Of a stretch of 64,000 bases of DNA, positions 44,700 to 55,197 are shown one piece after another. Under the pieces are notes generated by a model that worked only from the letters and a program-made list of their open reading frames with translations, had not been told where the DNA came from and did no database searches. Positions within the stretch are counted from its first letter, which is position 1. Each line of letters starts with the position of its first letter. This DNA comes from an uncultured Planctomycetota bacterium (GTDB lineage Bacteria > Planctomycetota > Planctomycetia > Isosphaerales > Isosphaeraceae). The position numbers and the translations under genes were made by a program. The DNA is taken from assembly GCA_963845755.1 (NCBI GenBank), contig CAWJTV010000013.1:192001-256000 (forward strand), in the 5' to 3' direction.

Positions 44700-45320
44700 T
44701 CACGGCATCCGACCCGCGAGGGTCCCCCGGGAATGACCCGAGGCATCGGACGGAAGTCGGCGCGGAGCATCGCCTAGCCGAATCGGGGACGAATCAACCG
44801 GAGTCTGGTTCGGGGACCGGCTCGACTGTTCGCCGGGCGTTTCCGACGAGGATGGGGCCGGTGCGGTCTCCGGGACATCGCCCCGATAGAACTGACCGGC
44901 CGGCAAGACGGAGGATCGATCCCCGGACGGCCGGCCGATGCGGGGAGCTGAATTCAGGGCGTCGTTGGCAACTGTGTTGTGAGTGACGAGAGGGATGCTC
45001 GCGGCGTTGGGATCATTGGCTCCCGAGCCGACGGTGATCGTCGCGCCGGCACTCCCGCTCGATCCGGCCGTCCCCGTCGCGGCGAGGCTGGGGATGCCGG
45101 TGATGTTACCCGGCTGGATACTGGAGATCCCGCCGGAGCCCGTCATCGTGAACGACGTGGGGACGGGGGTCCCGCCCAGCGAGGCGCCGGGGAAGGGAAT
45201 GATCAGGACGTAACCACCGGTCGTCAGCACAATCACACCCAGGTCGGCTATGACCGGCAGGAGACGATCCTCCAGTTCGCAGGCTTGCAAATCGGGATGG
45301 AACTTTCGAAGCAGATTCAT
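44700..45320 (-). CDS. Hypothetical protein with planctomycete extracellular N-terminal motif
   Basis: MNLLRKFHPDLQACELEDRLLP followed by a Ser/Thr/Gly/Pro-rich region. Confidence 0.65.
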   Translation of the reverse strand: MNLLRKFHPDLQACELEDRLLPVIADLGVIVLTTGGYVLIIPFPGASLGGTPVPTSFTMTGSGGISSIQPGNITGIPSLAATGTAGSSGSAGATITVGSGANDPNAASIPLVTHNTVANDALNSAPRIGRPSGDRSSVLPAGQFYRGDVPETAPAPSSSETPGEQSSRSPNQTPVDSSPIRLGDAPRRLPSDASGHSRGTLAGRMP

Positions 45321-45751
45321 TGAAGTATCTCCTCGTGACGGACTCCCCGGTGCGGTCACCGGCGAGACCGAACTGAGGTCCTCGGCGGAGACTCACCTGG
45401 AGGGAGATGTCCGTTTCGCGTGCGATTGTGCCATCGCATTCGCGACTCGAGAGTTCGGGGGTCCTCAGCAGTTCGTCGCTTTCCCGTAGGACTTCGAACC
45501 TTGAATTGATCGGACCATTGCACTTCGCCGGCCAGGCCCATCATCCGGTCATCTGCCGAAGCGAAGATGACATCGGAGCTGGCCGAACCCAACCTCGGCC
45601 TCGCCGACCCCGGAGGCAGCACGCCGGCCGTTGACGAGGATGACGTTGTGATCGGCTGAACCCTGGGTCGAATGCGAGTCCCCTCTTTAACATCATCCGT
45701 ACGCGGCTGTCCGACGCGCAACCGCCCGCGCATTTTCCCCCTCTCGCCGTG

Positions 45752-48700
45752 TCATGGATACAATCCGACAGGCGCGAAGACGTCGTCAGGTAGCTCACCC
45801 TCGTGTCCGGCCAGGACGCTCTCAGCCTCGGCGCGGAAGCCGGCCAGGTCCTGGGCGCTCCGGGCATCGAGGTTGTGCGGCTGCTGCATCCAGCGCACGG
45901 CCCGGTTGTAGCAATCGCGCGCCTGGTCCTGGTGTCCCAGCCGATGGTGCGCCTTGGCCAGGAAGAAGAGGTCGAAGGCGTCAGACTGGCCACGGCCGGC
46001 GACCAGGCTGCGCTCGAGGGTGGCGATGGCTTCGGCGTACCGGCCTGTTCGGTACAGGACGACGCCCATGGTGTTGAGGGAGGTGTCTTCGCCGGGAACC
46101 AATTCCACGGCCCGCTGGGCGAGCGTCAGCGCGCAGTTCGAGGTCGTGCCGGGGCCCGGGACCGCGGGCCAGCTCCCAGGCGCGGTTGTTGCAGCACGAG
46201 GCCAGCTTTTGCTGGAGCTGGGGTTCGTCTGATTTCATGGCCAGCGCGGCCTCCAGGTCGGCGATCGCGGGCTCGTACTGGTTCAGGATCTGATGAATCC
46301 GTCCCCGGAAATCTCGAAGGTGGGCATCGTCGGGACGCAGGCGGATGGCCTGATCGAGGTCGGCGATTGCCTCCGGAAAGCGCCTCAGGCTGGCCCGGGC
46401 ATGAGCGCGATGGTGGTAGGCGTCGGCATCGTTGGCATCGTTCTTGAGTCGGGCGGTGTAGAGCTGGACCAGCGATTCGGCGTTCTCGCTGTAGTGCTGG
46501 AGGTGCTCAGTCAGCGGGCCGTAGTTGACCTGGAGCGGAGGCAGGGGCGGCGCCGCGGGATCGGCCGGGTCGTCTTCGGAATAGGCGGGTGCGTCCCAGT
46601 CGAGGTCCATGCCGGCCAGGTGCTTGCGGATGGCGCGCAGGTCCCAGACGTGCGTAGCCGGGCTATCATTGGTGGTCACCACGAGCCGCGACCCGTCGGG
46701 GCTGAAGGTCGGCCAAACGCTGCACATGTCGGGGCTTTCGAGCCGCACCAGCGTGCGGTTGGTCTCTGTCTCCACCAGGCGGATCACCTTGCTCGCATCC
46801 TGGACCACCACCAGCCGGCCGTCCGGGGAGAAGCAGCCAGCCCTGTCGCGGATCTGCCTCACCTCGCGCCAGGTGCCGACCTCCCAGATCCGGCAGGGAG
46901 GCTCCGCTGTCATCAGCCATTTTCCATCGGGGCTGAAGACAACCTCGGTTCCCCCATCGTTGGGCAGCTCGGCGACTTTCGTGACATCACTGATGCGCCA
47001 GACCTGGGAACCGCGAACATGGCTGCCGGTCGCCAGCCATTGGCCGTCCGGGCTGATAGCGACGCCCCGGCAATCGTCCAGGGGGCCCACGCGGATCGTC
47101 CGCTCTGGAGTCGAAACATAAACATATGTAGACGCTTCACCGGCCACGATCCGGCCCGATCGATCCTCGGCGATCGCGCCATGAGACGCCGGCAAGGGGA
47201 GGCGATGCGGCGGGCCGATGCGGAATTCGCCGCGGGCGGCGTCGAGCTGGATCGGCCATCGCTGTACGCCGATGTCCCCGCTGGTGATCAGGTCGCCCGA
47301 TGGTTCGAACATCAGGTTCCAGGCGTTGCCGATCGGCAGGAAGGCGAGCTCGGTGCCGTGGGCCAGGTCCCACAGCGCCGTGCCCCGGCTCGTGCCCACG
47401 ACCAGCATCCGGCCGTCATGCCGGACCGATGGACGTCCATAACTGATCGGCTCGCGGGAAACATGGGCAAGAGACCGGTATTCCAGGGCCGGATAGACCT
47501 GGTAGGTTGTCAGTTTGTCCTCGAGCGAAACGACGATTCGTCCGTCTTGGCTGAATTCCGGGTATGAGCCGTCGGCCAAGCTCAGCACGGGCCGGCCCAA
47601 GACTGGGTCCCAGAGCCGTAGCTGCCCTTCCCAGCCGTTGCTGGCCAGCAACGTGCCCTCGGGATGAAAGGCCGTAGCGATGCCGCCATTGATATGGCCT
47701 TCGAGTGTCGCCCGCCGGATGCCGGTAATGGCGTCCCAGAGGTCGATCTTCCGATCGTTTCCCAGTATGGCCAGAGTGGCACCATCGGGGCCCCAAGCGA
47801 CGCTTCCTTCAAGAGCAACGGGGCTCGACTCGAGCTTGGTGCCGTCAGGGCCTAAGGTGACCTTTGTGCTGATGGCGAGTGGAAACGACCGAACAAGCCG
47901 GCCTGAATCTGTGTCGAGAAGCCGACATGTGGGGAGTTGCTCTTCGCGAGAGATCACGGCGATCTGAGCCCCGTCCCGACGGAATGCCAGATCGAGCGCC
48001 GGTGCTTGTCCGCCCGAGCGCCAACTGGGCTGACCAGTCGCAAGGTCGTATACCAGTAGCTCCCCATCCTCATGGACAAAGGCGATCCGCCGGCTGTCCG
48101 GGCTGAATTTGGCCGCCCTCCCCGATACGGGGCCCGGGTGGTTCAGGGAGACCGAGCGCTGGTCGATGTCCCAGACCGTCAGGGCACCGTCGGGATGATG
48201 TCGGGTCGCCAAGTAGCGGCCGTCGGGGCTGAAGCCGAAGACGGCGACGCTGCGATCACCGCGGGCTGAGAAACGGGCAACCTCCTGGTCATCGGCGACG
48301 CGGCGGACTGAGATCTTCCCATCGCGGAACCGCAGCGCGTAGCGGGTCATAGTGGAGTCGAAGGCGGCCAGGATCACATTCGGGGGCCGGTGGATGACGC
48401 GGCCAGTGGGCTTGAGGTCGGGGAGGGCCAGGGCGGCGATCGCTTCATCGCGGAGCCGGTCGAGCTGCGCGGGAGGCAATTCTAGGTCGCGGCCGATTCG
48501 CGAGGCGCGTTCCAGGGAGTCGAGGCTGTTGAACCGCTGACCGGCGCGGTGGCTGAGCCGAACGGCGCGGGCCTGGGCTGTCAACGAGTTGAAGAGGTTT
48601 TCGCGCGTCTCAGACTCGGCGCGCCGGACCCGGTCCCGCTGGTCACGGTAGGTCAAAGCCGCCACCGACGATACGACGGCCAGAGTCACCACGACGGCCA

Positions 48701-50327
48701 GAGTCACGGTGGCCACTGCAGCGGTGATGCACGCCCCGGCCAGTCCCGGGTTCCGCTTGCACCACCGCCAGAACTGCTGATAGACCGGGATCGGCCGCGA
48801 GCGGATCGGCCGGCCCTCCACGAACCGTCTCAGCTCGTCGGCCATCTCTTCGGCGCTCGCGAACCGGTCGCCCGGGCTCTTGGCGAGCGCCTTGAGGACG
48901 ATCGTCTCCAGATCCTGGGGAATCCCGCGTTCGAGCTGGCGCGGCGGCGCCGGGTCGTTCTCGATCCGGTGAATCAACTGGAGCTGGTCCTTACCCTCGA
49001 ACGGCGGGCGGAGGGTCAACATCTCGTAGAGGGTCGCTCCCAGGGCATAGACGTCGCACTGGGGATTCGATTCGCCGCGGAACCGCTCGGGGGCCATGTA
49101 CCGCAAGGTGCCGGCGATGTCCTGCGATTGCGAGAGGTCGTCTCCGTCCTCGGACTTGGCCAGGCCGAAGTCGGTGATCCAGAGGTTGCCCATCGCGTCG
49201 AGGATCAGGTTCGGCGGCTTGATGTCGCGATGCAGGACGTTCCGCTTGTGGGCGTAGGCCAGGGCTCCGGCGACCTGCCCGCCGAGGCGGGCGACCTCGC
49301 GATAGTAGCGCGCGTCAATCTTGCCGGTGAGAGTGCTGGTCGAGCCCCCGGGCTCCGGAAGCTCGCAGCCCGGGGTGTCCTTCCCGTTGGGAGGCGGCTC
49401 GTCGGCCGGAACGCTCACGGCCTGGGTGTGGGCCAGCTTGAAGCCGACCTTGTAGGCCGCGGCGCCTGCCGGATTGATCCCGTTCCCCTCCGTGCTGGCC
49501 ATTCGCAGGGCGAGCTTCTCGGCCCAATCCTCCATCCGGCATGCGTCCGCAATCTCGGCCGACGCGGTTGGTCGCGGCGTGGGATCCTCGGTCTGAGATC
49601 CGTCGGACGGAGGCGCCAGGGACCACTGGCCGGTCATGAGTCCCAGGGTCGCGCTCCGTTTCAAGCCATCCGTCTCGGGGCGGCGGGCCAGGCGGCTATT
49701 CTCCTCGTCTGGTCCGGGCCGATCCTCCCGGCCGGAGGTCAGGGGGATCGTCTCGGCGTCGGGCGATGCCTCCTTCTCCTGGCGGAGCTGACGGACGTCG
49801 GCCAGGACCTTGTCCAGGCTCTGGCCGGCGATGTATTGCATCGCGTAGTAGCAGACGCCGTCGTGCACGCCGTAGTCGAAGACGCTGACGATGTTCGTGT
49901 GGTGTAGCCGCGCCGCCGATCGGGCCTCGGTGCGAAAGCGGCGCAGGTATTTCTCGCGGTTGCGGAACTGCTCGTGCATCACCTTGAGCGCGACGTGGCT
50001 GCGGAGCAATTCGCGAACCGCCTCATACACCACGCCCATGCCGCCTTCGCCGAGATAGCGGAGGATCCGGTAGTCGCCCAGCGACTCGGGCAGCTCTCCG
50101 CGGGCCGGCGACGTCGGCACGGGGGACGAGATCCCGAGGCCCGACTGCGCCGGCTTGTAGCACTCGACGAGGGCGATCTCCGGGAACAGGTCGCGGATGT
50201 CCTCGGCATGTTCGGGATAACGCGCAACGTAATCGGAGATTGACGGGTGCTCGCCGCGCCGGAGTCGTTCGGCGAACTCCTCGGCCAACCGCTCGAACGG
50301 ATTGCGATCCGCCGTCGATTCGCTCAT
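45752..50327 (-). CDS. Ser/Thr kinase with WD40 repeats and C-terminal TPRs (frameshift near 46130)
   Basis: LGEGGMGVVY, HRDIKPPN, DFGLAK, GTLRYMAPE; many FSPDG repeats; TPR tail continues in ORF 45752-46108. Confidence 0.92.
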
Positions 50328-50428
50328 GGTTCGTTCCTTGCCGTAAATGAAGACCTTCGTTCGGCCGTCCGGCGGGGTCAGGAGACCCGCGCCGAGCGCG
50401 CCGGAGACCCGCGCCGAGCGCATTCGAG

Positions 50429-51088
50429 CTAGGTTCTTGCCGGGTTGGTGCCGGGGTCATCGAGGAGTCCGAGCGCGGGCGAAAGGACCACCTTGAGCCG
50501 GCGCAGGGCACGGACGTAGCGATTGCTGGCCGCGGCCTTGTGAAGGCCCAGGACGGCGGCGGTCTCTCCGTTATTCAGTTCCTCGAAATGGCGGAGGGCC
50601 AGGACTTCGCGGTCGATCGGATCCATGGCGTTGAGCGCCTCCTGGATCTTGATCTGGATCTCGGCCCGGATGGCGGCCCGGCTGGGGGTCGTCAGTCGGC
50701 CGAGGAGCTGGGCGGCCAGCGATCGGGAGTCGGCCGCCGGCAGCGACCCGTTGTAGAGCGAAACCTCGCGCCCCGCCTCGCGACTCTTCACCCCGAGGTG
50801 GAGGCGGTGCAGCGTCTGGAGCCGCTGGATGGTCAAGAATCGCAGCCAGAGAAATGGCGGCATTTTCCGATCGGCGGCGTACTCGGCCAGCCGCCGCGCG
50901 GCATCCAGGAACGCCTCCTGGAGCACATCCTCCGGGTCGATCCGCCCTTGCAGGCGCCGGTCGAGCCGAAGCCGCACCATCCGGCGGAGTCGTTCGCGGT
51001 GCCGGGCAAAGTAGTCACCGAGCGCAGATTGATCCCCTGCATGAATGCGTTGTGTCAAGGCTTCTTCGACATCGGTCGTGTCCGACAT
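50429..51088 (-). CDS. ECF sigma-70 factor upstream of the kinase
   Basis: RERLRRMVRLRLDRRLQGRIDPEDVLQE...DREVLALRHFEEL. Confidence 0.92.
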   Translation of the reverse strand: MSDTTDVEEALTQRIHAGDQSALGDYFARHRERLRRMVRLRLDRRLQGRIDPEDVLQEAFLDAARRLAEYAADRKMPPFLWLRFLTIQRLQTLHRLHLGVKSREAGREVSLYNGSLPAADSRSLAAQLLGRLTTPSRAAIRAEIQIKIQEALNAMDPIDREVLALRHFEELNNGETAAVLGLHKAAASNRYVRALRRLKVVLSPALGLLDDPGTNPART

Positions 51089-51277
51089 GCTCGGCCCCCT
51101 ATGTGGATAACCGTCGGAACGCGACGATTGTCAACAGGTCGACCTTAAAAAATGGTCGGATCGAGATTGCTCGATCAGCGCGGTCGTCGCGCCTCAACCC
51201 AAGGTCTGTCTGTTTGCACCACAATTCAACGTTTTTCGGGTTTCCGTGGACCTGTCGAGAACGATATACTGGCTACT

Positions 51278-51502
51278 ATGATCCGTATTCGCTTTACAGA
51301 CCTGGACGCCAAGAAACGGGCGTTGGGCCGTCTGGCCGGGCGCTTCTCCTTCAAGAGCTGGGCAACGGGCGAAATGCTCGTTCCAGAACCGGCACTGGCC
51401 TACCTGGCCACTGAGGGGATCCCCTTTCAGGTGGAAGGACCCGCCACGTATGAGCAGAGCACTCCGGCGCTACGAGGTGCTGCTCCCGCTACGGTTCAAT
51501 GA
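51278..51502 (+). CDS. Small hypothetical protein
   Basis: 74 aa ORF with TATACT 7 nt upstream; overlaps the next ORF. Confidence 0.65.
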   Translation: MIRIRFTDLDAKKRALGRLAGRFSFKSWATGEMLVPEPALAYLATEGIPFQVEGPATYEQSTPALRGAAPATVQ

Positions 51503-51770
51503 CGGTCAGTCCGTCCCGGACGACGTTGTGGCCGAGACGTTGCTCGAGTTGGAGCAGCGGTTCGGTGCGGTATCCTCTGAGACGCAGACGATACGCGGCT
51601 TCTGGCGGCACGAAGGGGAACCCTACCGGGACGACCTGATTCGGGTCTTCGTGGACGTTGCCGACGATCCCGATCATCGTCAGTTCTTCCTCGAATTCAA
51701 GGACCGGTTGAAGGTCCGGTTCGGCCAATTGGACGTCTGGATGACGACCTACCCCATCGAGGTCTTATGA
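51450..51770 (+). CDS. Small hypothetical protein (PII/ferredoxin-like pattern)
   Basis: RRYEVLLPLRFNDG...G.W...YRD...RFGQLDVW. Confidence 0.75.
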   Translation: MSRALRRYEVLLPLRFNDGQSVPDDVVAETLLELEQRFGAVSSETQTIRGFWRHEGEPYRDDLIRVFVDVADDPDHRQFFLEFKDRLKVRFGQLDVWMTTYPIEVL

Positions 51771-51864
51771 TCCTGCGGTTTGAGTAACGCCGTCGCATTC
51801 AGTGGGTCTTCACGCCTCACTCGGCGATTGACACCACCCTACAAAGGACTTTTCATAAATCCTT

Positions 51865-52612
51865 TCAGTCTCGGCGATCCAGGACGTCGCGATAGCGGCG
51901 CGGGACACCGCGCCAGGCGGCTTGATAGGTCGCTTCCAGAGGGACGGACACGTACCACCCCGGGGCGAGGAACAGTGGCATGTCGATGAGAACGTCGCCG
52001 ACCGCGACTGGCTCCTCGTAGTACGTCTTCGGCGGGCCGGCGTCGTAGGCGACGAGCGTCAGGGGTTTATCGGCCGGCGTCGGCTTCGACTTACCACCGA
52101 GCTCGGTCCAGATGACCGGATGAATGCCGGCGGGATCGCGGTCCGTTCGGGGATGGAGGTCGACCAGGAGCAAGTGATGCCCCCGGTCCAAGGCGTTCAC
52201 GGCCTTGGTCACGAACGTGCGGAACTCCTTGTTGCTCGACTTGTTGCCCGCGGACAGGATTTCGATCAGGGCGATGATCCGGTCATCGCTAGCGTGGCGA
52301 ATCACGATGCTCCGCTGGCGGCGACGTGTAGGTCTCCTCCTCGAGGCTTTCGTAGAGACGCACTCGGGGCGGGGCGGTGGCCACGGCGATCGCACCGGCG
52401 ACGGGACCGCCCGGCCAGCCGTTGTCAGCTCCATTGGTCGTTTGCAGGGTCAACACGTCGGGCACGATGGGTCGGGTGACCTGTTCGGCCATGGCGTAAT
52501 AGTCAGGGGGCAGGATGCCGCTGTTGAGAGCGGTCCGTAGTTCCGCGATCCAACTATGATGGAAATCGTGGAAAGCGCCGTCGAACACGCGCGACCAATC
52601 GTGAATGGGCAT
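51865..52612 (-). CDS. DUF4058 family protein (frameshift near 52320)
   Basis: MPIHDWSRV..FHDFHHSWI; IEILSAGNK; VPLEATYQAAW. Confidence 0.85.
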
Positions 52613-52727
52613 GGCGATGGTCCCGGAAACCGACTCGGGATCGCTGGAAGACGGGGCAGTCTTCCAGCGATTCAGGTTACCAGAGATCTGACCGGAATTC
52701 TATCAATGGACGCCGAGGATCGATTCA

Positions 52728-55099
52728 TCACGACCCAGGATTGGCCGTGGACGCCAGCCCGCCGTTCGACTTTCCGAACTGCTTCTTCTCGACCGCGAGG
52801 GCCTCGGCCTCGGCCTTGAGGGCCTGAGCCTTCGCGACCGCGGCGTCGACCAGGGCTCGCTTCTCGGCGAGAGCCTTGTCGGCGGCGGCCTTGGCCGCCG
52901 TGGCCTGTTCCAGCTCCTTCTTGACGGCGGCGAGCTGGTTGGTGGCCGACTGGAGGGAGGTCCGGGCATCGGTGAGGGTCTTGTCGGCGGCGGTCTTGTC
53001 CTGGTCGGCGCGGGTAATGGCCTCGCGCGCCGAGGGCACGGACAACGCGGCCGCCCTGGCAAGGACGCGGGTCTTGGCGGCAGCCTGGGGCGCCGCGGCT
53101 TTGGCGGCCGAAGCCCGGGTGAGGCCCTGTCGGGCCGTCGAGAGGCGATCGGCCGAACTTGCGAGCGCCTGGATCAATTCGCTCGCCTTCTGGGCCTGCT
53201 TCTTCAACTCGGCGACGGCCTTGGCGTCGGCCTCGGGGGTTGTCGCGGCCTTGAGTGCCGTCGCGGCGGCGGCCAGCGCCGAGTCATGTGTCGTCTTGTC
53301 AGTCAGCGCCTTCTCCGCCGCGGTCCTGGCGGCGTTCAGGGTGTCAGTCGCGGCTTTCTCGGCCTGGGTGGTCTGACCCACGGCCTCGTCGGCCGCTTTC
53401 TGGGCCGCGGAGGTCTGTGCGGCAAGTTGTTCGGCGCCCTGGAGCGTGGCCCGCGCAGTCCTGGGCTGCGGTTGCTCTCGTCTTCACCGCCTGGTCGAGC
53501 TGCTGGACCGCGGCATTCTGCTTACCCGCCGCTTGCTCCGCCACCGCCACTTTCCCCTGCACTTGCGCCAGCGCGGCCTGCGCGGGGCCGATCGCATTCT
53601 GGAAGGGGATCAACTGTTTCGACAACGAATCGGCCTCGGCCTGTGCGGCGACCAGAGCCTGGTTCGTCTGCTGGAGCCGGGCCGCCAGCGGGGCGGGGTT
53701 GACCGTCAGGTTCGCCAGCCGGCGCCCGTCCTTCGGGTCCCAGACCCTGACTTCGCCCGACCAGTCGGCGGCGATGACCTTGGAATCATCGTGGGTCATG
53801 ACGGCCTCCAGCGCGAGGTCGCCGAACGCTTCGAAGTCGCGCTGCTTGTTCCCATTCTGATCCCAGAGCCGGACCACACGATCGCGGCCGGTCGAGACCA
53901 GCCTCCCGTCCCTGGCGAAATGGACCGACAAGGCGCCGCCGCCGTGCGCGCCGATGTTCTTGATGTTGCCGCCGTTCTCCATCTCCCAGAGTTTGATCGT
54001 CCCGTCCTCGCTGGAGGAGGCCAGGACGTTCGGAATCGAGCCGCCAGCTCACGTCGGTGATGAAGGCGGCGTGGCCCCGCAGGTCGTGGAACTCGCGGCC
54101 GGTCTGGGACTCCCAGACGATCAGGCCGTTGTTCCGGTCGCCGGTCGCGAGCAGGACGCCATCGGGGCTGAACTCGGCGGCCGTGATCCACTCGGTATGC
54201 TTACGCATCTCGAAGGCGAGCGAGCCGTCGGCCGTGTTGTAAACGCGGACGACCTTGCTGGGACCGCCGAGGGCCACCTGGCTGTGATCCGGGCTGATAT
54301 CCGCCGCGAGCACGACGTCGTACTCCTTGCCCACCTCGAAGACCCGGGTGCCTTTCTTCACGTCCCAGGCCACCGCCAGCCCGGACTGGCCGCCGCGACC
54401 GCCACCGGCCAGGAGTAGGTCGCCGTTGCGGCTGAACTTCAGGACGTAGATCAACCCTTCCGGAAATGGTAGCACGCCGACCAGGTGATTGTCGGTCGTC
54501 CGGTACAGGAGCACCTGCTTGTGACCGGCGACGGCGATCAACGGTGCCCAGGGACTCGCCGCCATCGCCACCACGGCGCTCGGCTTGGCCTCGGGCACGT
54601 ACGGTTCGGTCGTGACTCCCTCCGGCATCGCCGGCGTACCCGACGGCTTGCCCACCGACTTCGGATCCAGCTTGAACTCGAACTTCGGCTTGGCCTTGAC
54701 CGCCGCGACGCTCCCGGAGTTCTCCAGCGCACCGCCCGCGATCCAGTTCCGGATCAGGTCGATCTCGGCATCGGGGATCTTCGCCGACATCGGCGGCATC
54801 TTGGGCTCTTCCTTGTGGGTGACGACCAGCAGCAGCGTGCTGTTATCCGGGTCGCCCGGCTCGACGACCTTGCCCGAGCCCCCTCCCTGCATCGCCGAGC
54901 CGTAATTATCGAGGTTCAAGCCCCCCTTTTGCTTGTCGGGGTTGTGGCAGGAACCGCAACGGCTGCGAAACACCTGCGCCACGTGGTCCTGGAAGGTCAC
55001 CTTCGCCTTGGGCGGGTCGGCGGCCCGGCCGACCGAGACAATGCCCAGAAGGGAAAACAACACACCGCATAGTACGGCAGCCGCTAGCTTGGATCGCAT
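52728..55099 (-). CDS. Planctomycete cytochrome c domain + WD40 + Ala-rich coiled-coil protein (at least two frameshifts)
   Basis: CGSCH..MPP heme motif, WD40 repeats and helical tail across ORFs 53786-55201, 53344-53982 and 52728-53381. Confidence 0.85.
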
Positions 55100-55117
55100 G
55101 GTTGCTGGTCTCTTATC

Positions 55118-55180
55118 GTAGGGTGGGTGCAACCCACCAGTTCTCCCAAGATTTAGATTGGTGGGCTGCACCCACCCTAC
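55118..55180. repeat. GTAG-type REP doublet
   Basis: gtagggtgggtgcaacccacc ... ggtgggctgcacccaccctac. Confidence 0.8.
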
Positions 55181-55197
55181 GAAATGCATCGAATTGA

